Shown here: positions 59,160 to 64,000 of the stretch, in pieces | How the letters are laid out: each line of letters starts with the position of its first letter | How positions within the stretch are numbered: position 1 is the stretch's first letter | Origin: Alphaproteobacteria bacterium | Lineage (GTDB): Bacteria > Pseudomonadota > Alphaproteobacteria > MPNO01 > UBA830 | NCBI GenBank assembly: GCA_965243135.1 | Contig: OZ251539.1 | Span: 5,312,001-5,376,000 of the forward strand | Reading direction: 5' to 3' | Length of the DNA stretch: 64,000 nt | Made by a program: the position numbers and the translations under genes | Notes under the pieces: model-generated | What the model was told of the DNA's origin: nothing | The model's database searches: none | What the model saw: the letters and a program-made list of their open reading frames with translations, nothing else

Positions 59160-60240
59160 CGTACGCGACCTGTCGCCTCGCGCGCAGCGAGCGGGTCGGC
59201 GGCGGGGCGCGACAGGTTGCCCTCTTCGACCTCGGCGCCGACTTCTCCTTGCTCGGGCGGCGAAACCTGACGAAGGTTGTCGAAGTCCTTCTCGCCGGTT
59301 CCGGGCTGCTCCTCGAACCGAAGCCGGAACTTCGTGCCGTCGCACAACTCCGTGCCCGCAACCTCGACGTTTCGGAAACGGGCGCGGCGGTCGATCTCGC
59401 CGGCCCACGAGCGAGTCCGTTCGGTGGCGCGTCTCGCCTCCGCGGCTCTCGACCAGCTCCGGTTCGCTGAAACCCTGCGGATGCTCGGCGTCGGCGGCCG
59501 CGACGCCCGTATCGCCTCGATCATTGCGCGCATGCCTTCGAGCGAGCGCAAAGCCTTGCGCAGGCTGCAGGACAGCAGCGCGGCTTTCGAACCGCTCGGT
59601 CCGGAGAGCGGCGACAGCCTGAACGAACTCTATTCCGCTGTGGAAACACCGCGACGATATCGAGAACGCGCTGTTCGCTCGGGAGCGCGACCTCTCCCCG
59701 GCGCTGTTGCGTTCTTCGACCTGACCAACGCTCACCTCGCAGGCCGCCCGGTTCGGCCGTTCGAAGCAGAAGCGCGACGACCGTCAGTTGGCAACCTTGG
59801 CCCTGCCTGCTGCCGGCTTCCCCCGGCGCGGCGCACCTGGCAACGTCTTCGAGCCGGGCGCCCTCGCCGCCGCTGTCGGCAGGCTCGAAGCTCAGGCAGG
59901 AGACGGTCCGAAACCCACCTTCATGCAGGCATCTCGACCGAATTTGCCTGGCTTCACGAGCGCGCGCGGTTCGGCGCGGCCGCGCGCCATGCCCGGAACG
60001 CGCCGCCGATGCCGCTTTCAAACGCGTGCCGGAGCCGGGATCCGGCGTCCGAACGCCCAAGGCGGCGAAGCGCGCTTGTGCATCTGGAGCCATGAACGTC
60101 AGCGAAAGGGCATGGCGGCGAAGGCGCGGGAAGGGTTCGAGTCCGAACTCCGAAAGCTGCGCGACGGCCTGAAGAACTGCGCGAAGCGGCGCCACGAGGT
60201 TCCGGAACGCCTTGGACGACCGCGGGAACGCCGCTAGCGC
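59160..60240 (+). pseudogene. IS1634-like transposase remnant
   Basis: LFDLGADF, ARIASIIARMPSSER, SLNELY and FFDLTN.HLAG segments with frameshifts. Confidence 0.65.
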
Positions 60241-60392
60241 CGCCAATACGACATCGAAGTGAAGCCGAGCGAAGCCAGGATATGGATCTTGCTGCGTTCG
60301 ACGACATGGGCCGGCGGGACGGGACGAACTCCGCGATGGCGCGCGCGACTTCGCTCGTCGTTGCCGGCCGCATGCCGCGTCCGGCGGGCGGC

Positions 60393-61265
60393 CTATCCTT
60401 TCGTCGCTTCCCGGAAGCGTTCGGACGGGGGAGCGGCGAACCCCCAGGAATCGCCGTGAAACTCGGGCGGCCGCTTCCAGTCTTCCGGCATGCCGGTCCT
60501 GTAGCCGTCGTCCACCTGCTCGACCTCGGCGGTGTACTCGATGACGTATCCCGCCGGATCGATGAAGTAGGCGAAGATGTTGTTGCCCGGTCCGTGCCGC
60601 CCGACCCCCCATTCGACCGGGTAGCCCGATCGCTTCATCCTTCCGGAAGCGCGCATCAGCGCGTCGTGGCTCGGCACTTCGAACGCGCAGTGGTTGAGCG
60701 TCGGCGAGTCGACGTTCGTGTAGGCGAGCGCGTGATGGTCGCTGCTGCAGCGGATGAAGTCCATGTAATCCGTGCGGTCGCTGAGCTTGAATCCGAGGAG
60801 GTCGACGAACTGCGCGCTTTGCGCCTCGCGCCGGGGCGAGTTGAGCACTATGTGACTCAGCTTTTCCGGCCGGTCGGCCGCGCCCTCCCGCGCTTCGTGC
60901 CGTGCGAGGCCGGTCGAAATCCCGTACTCCCGGCCGTCGAGGTCGCGGAACACGAAGCCGTATCCGCCTGCCGGTCCGTTCAGCGGAGCGGGGGCGTCCG
61001 CCGACGCGCCGAATGCCTTCGCCTTCTCGTGGAGCCCGTCCACCGCCTCCTTGCCGTCGGCGGCCAGATTGACCCTGAGCAGCTTTCTCTCCCGGCCGGG
61101 ATGCAGAACGAGCAGGTGGTGCTCGGCGCCGGCGCCCCGCAGCTGCACGGGACTGTCCGCGACGGCCTCGAGCCCCCAGCAATCCTCGTAAAACCTTTTC
61201 GCGGCCGCTACGTCCGACACCGCCAGTTCCGCGCTGCGCAGTCCCGTCACTCTCGGTTCGGCCAT
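60393..61265 (-). CDS. Two-domain VOC protein, extradiol dioxygenase-like
   Basis: LSHIVL, DHHALA, GRHGPGNNIFAYFIDP.G..IEY. Confidence 0.88.
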   Translation of the reverse strand: MAEPRVTGLRSAELAVSDVAAAKRFYEDCWGLEAVADSPVQLRGAGAEHHLLVLHPGRERKLLRVNLAADGKEAVDGLHEKAKAFGASADAPAPLNGPAGGYGFVFRDLDGREYGISTGLARHEAREGAADRPEKLSHIVLNSPRREAQSAQFVDLLGFKLSDRTDYMDFIRCSSDHHALAYTNVDSPTLNHCAFEVPSHDALMRASGRMKRSGYPVEWGVGRHGPGNNIFAYFIDPAGYVIEYTAEVEQVDDGYRTGMPEDWKRPPEFHGDSWGFAAPPSERFREATKG

Positions 61266-61353
61266 CCCTTTTCTCCTCCTGTCGGCGTCCGCGAGCGATG
61301 GTACGCCGGTCGCGGCGGGTCGGAAAGCTCGGTGGGCGAAGCGCCGCGAGGCG

Positions 61354-62379
61354 TCATCCCGCGGCGAGTTTCAGGGCAAGGTCCAGATTGGAGCGGGCCG
61401 GGGCGAGCTCTCCGTTCCGGATCCGCCTCGTGATCTCCGTGACGGCGGCGTTGGCGGGAGCCTGCCTGCCGGCGCGGCGGCTTTCTTCGGCGACCAGGCC
61501 GTTGATCAAATCGACCTCGCTGTAGCGTCCCTTGAGGTGGTCCTGGAGCACGCAGTCCCGCGCTCCGGGTCCGATATCGGACGCGAGCTTGTCGAAAAGC
61601 GTCTCCAGCAGCCGGTTGGAGTTGCCGACGTCTTCCGGACCCAGCCCGAATATGGGCTGGATGGCGTATTTGCGGTCCCGGCCGACGGCCAGCGCCTCGG
61701 CGCCCGCTCGAAGAATGAAGTCGCGGAAGCCGGGCATCGCGGCCGCCTCGCCGACTGCGAGCCCCAGCATCGCGACCGGTCCGAGGCTCATGCTGTTGAC
61801 GACCAGCTTCATCCATTTGGCCGCGACGATGTCGTCCGATATCGATACCGCGCCGACGCATTTCAGGATGTCGGCGACTTCCGGAACCCTTCCGGCCATG
61901 GACGGTCCGAGCGCGCCGATCCCCAGCCAGCTTTTTTCCGGCGGCGTGTTGCGCTTGACCAGCCCCGGCGTGAAAATTTCCGAGGACAGTTCGATGACGC
62001 AGCCGACGGTTCTGGCGGGGCCGACCGCTTCCGCGATCTCGTCCGCCGTCATGGCGTTCTGGATTCCGACCATCAGCCCGTCCGCGGCGAGGTAGGGTTC
62101 GATCAGCCGGGCCATCCACGCCGTGTCGTAGGCTTTGGGCATCAGGAAGACGTACCCGAATTCCTGCCTGAAGGCGCAAACCTCGCAGACGTGCCGGGCG
62201 TCGACCGCGACGTTGATCTCCCTGTCCGGCATCCGGACGGTCAGCCCCTCGGCGCGCATGGTTTCCACGTGTTCCGGCCATTGGTCGACCAGCGTGACGT
62301 CGTATCCGGCCCGCACCAGATCCGCTGCGGCGCAGCTGCCGTTCGCGCCGGTGCCGACCACGGCGATTTTTCCATTCAA
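61354..62379 (-). CDS. Ketopantoate reductase family protein
   Basis: VGTGANG, KAYD, QN, KW.KL..N, LQD...GR.SEVD.ING. Confidence 0.85.
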   Translation of the reverse strand: MNGKIAVVGTGANGSCAAADLVRAGYDVTLVDQWPEHVETMRAEGLTVRMPDREINVAVDARHVCEVCAFRQEFGYVFLMPKAYDTAWMARLIEPYLAADGLMVGIQNAMTADEIAEAVGPARTVGCVIELSSEIFTPGLVKRNTPPEKSWLGIGALGPSMAGRVPEVADILKCVGAVSISDDIVAAKWMKLVVNSMSLGPVAMLGLAVGEAAAMPGFRDFILRAGAEALAVGRDRKYAIQPIFGLGPEDVGNSNRLLETLFDKLASDIGPGARDCVLQDHLKGRYSEVDLINGLVAEESRRAGRQAPANAAVTEITRRIRNGELAPARSNLDLALKLAAG

Positions 62380-62493
62380 GGCGACGTTTCCCGACAGGTT
62401 CGATTCGGCGCGATAATGACGGTCGCAAGACGCAGATCAAGTGCGCGGAACGGGTCGGCCGAACTGCGCGCGCATTGCCTGCCGTCCGACGCG

Positions 62494-64000
62494 TTACGCG
62501 CCGTCCGAACGGCCCATCTCCAACAAAAATCGCGAAGGCGCCTTCGGCCGTCCCCGATATCGCCGCGCGCGCGACAGGATCAGGCGCTTTCTTGCGAGGG
62601 TCATCGCGACGAAGCAGCCTCGGCGTTCTTCTTCGATCTCGGGGCTGTCTTCGCCCTTCTTCACGCTATGCCATGACGGCAGGATCTCTTCCGCAAGTCC
62701 GATCAGGTAAACCGTATCGAACTCCTGACCCTTGGATCCGCGGATCGTCGTCAGCGATACAGTTCCCGGCGCCGGAATCGGTTCCTTGGAGTGCACCCGA
62801 AGCTCTTTCAGGAACCGATCCAGTGACGCGGACTCTTGCGTATCCCTGATTTCGCGCTCCGTCTTTCGCCATGCGTTCAGATCGTCCTTGAGATCGTCGT
62901 CGGGATCATTGCTGTCGAAATGCCTGAGTATTCGATCGATCGCCTCGGCAAACCTGACGCTTCCGCTTGCGAGATCCGCGACCGCTTCAACCGCTCCTGC
63001 GGCAGGTTGCGGCATCTCGGTCTCGCGAACGGCGTCCATCCACGCTTTCAAACAGGTAATCTCGGTGGATTCCGATCGCGACGCGATTTCGTCCCAGTCC
63101 AGCGGGGAAGGCGCGAAACTGTCGAACGCTTCGACCAACGCGGCCATGTTGCGCAGGTTCAGCGGCCGGTCGATTTGCTTCAAAGAAGCGACCAGCCAGC
63201 GCATCTGAGGCGAAGCGAAATCGTCGCGCCGCATCGCGACGGGAACGTCTTCGGCCGCGAGGGCTTCTTGCATCGCTTCCAGAAGGGATCGGTTTCCGGC
63301 GAGCACGGCAGTCCGGCCGCGAGCTGCGCCATCCAGGAGCGCGATCTCGCTGGCAATGCCGACGGCCTCCTCTCTGTCCGTATCGAACTCCCGGCATCGA
63401 ATCCGCTCGTCGTCCGAAGGCGGCGAGGTTTCCGGCGCCGGCGTAGCGGCTTGCTTCGACGCTGCGCGGCGGGAGTTGTACGCGACGAGACCTTTTGCGG
63501 CCTCGACGATGCGCGGCGGACAGCGGAAATTCGTCGGCAGCTGCACTACGTCGCAGGAGAAGTCCCTCGCCAGCTCGCCGATTCTGCGAACGTTCGCCCC
63601 GTTCCACTCGAAAATCGTCCGGCGGTCGTCGGCAACGGCGAAAACTTCGCGAAATCCCTGACCGGCCATTCGTCGCAAGAGCGCGTATCGAGCGTAGTCG
63701 GCGTTTTGAAATTCGCCGAGCATCCAATACCGATGCGTTTTCTGGTAGTGGCGAGCCATGGCCGGATAGGCGAACAACCGGTACGCATCCAGAACGAGCG
63801 AATTGAAGTCCAATGCATTGATGCGCCGAAGTTCTTCTTCATATAGACGATAGGCGCGCGCGATGCGTCCCGCCGAGCCGTTCGTCTCTTCAAGATGCCG
63901 TTCCGCCTTGTCAGGCTCCACGAGCCGGGTCTTCAGGCGATCGATCAAAGGCAGGAGGCGAAAGTCCTCTTCGCCCCAACCTTGCCCGCGGTCGCGGCTG
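62494..64000 (-). CDS. UvrD/SF1 helicase-like protein, 5' end beyond the window, degenerate motifs
   Basis: LDF, LPTNFRCP, KGQEFDTV and EEERR..FVAMT.A are present; Walker B reads LGEFQNAD. Confidence 0.8.
   Translation of the reverse strand, partial: SRDRGQGWGEEDFRLLPLIDRLKTRLVEPDKAERHLEETNGSAGRIARAYRLYEEELRRINALDFNSLVLDAYRLFAYPAMARHYQKTHRYWMLGEFQNADYARYALLRRMAGQGFREVFAVADDRRTIFEWNGANVRRIGELARDFSCDVVQLPTNFRCPPRIVEAAKGLVAYNSRRAASKQAATPAPETSPPSDDERIRCREFDTDREEAVGIASEIALLDGAARGRTAVLAGNRSLLEAMQEALAAEDVPVAMRRDDFASPQMRWLVASLKQIDRPLNLRNMAALVEAFDSFAPSPLDWDEIASRSESTEITCLKAWMDAVRETEMPQPAAGAVEAVADLASGSVRFAEAIDRILRHFDSNDPDDDLKDDLNAWRKTEREIRDTQESASLDRFLKELRVHSKEPIPAPGTVSLTTIRGSKGQEFDTVYLIGLAEEILPSWHSVKKGEDSPEIEEERRGCFVAMTLARKRLILSRARRYRGRPKAPSRFLLEMGRSDGA

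Overview
GC-rich bacterial chromosomal segment, probably alphaproteobacterial (inferred from aapJQMP, gatCAB and the cox-type cluster). Core blocks: gatCAB, two GSTs, a TPP enzyme, aapJQMP, tRNA-Ser(GCT), tRNA-Val(CAC), and a catabolic cluster (ABC transporter, Mo-hydroxylase, CocE, amidase, OYE). These are interleaved with defence and mobile patches: type I-E cas3 and cas8e, a type II R-M pair, an ATPase-PD(D/E)XK gene, a GIY-YIG-like/DUF6884-like pair, RecQ-PRTase plus a DprA with three tandem wHTH repeats, a HEPN gene, broken VapBC and HigBA modules, and many IS remnants. The best find lies between cas3 and cas8e: a promoter-equipped one-spacer mini-CRISPR (two degenerate I-E repeats, 32-nt spacer). 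Its spacer partially matches, behind an AAC PAM, the -10 region of the divergent promoter facing a 43-codon ORF and cas8e. This is a candidate CreR/CreTA-like guide-RNA autoregulation or addiction module. All family calls come from motifs recognised by eye; no searches were run.
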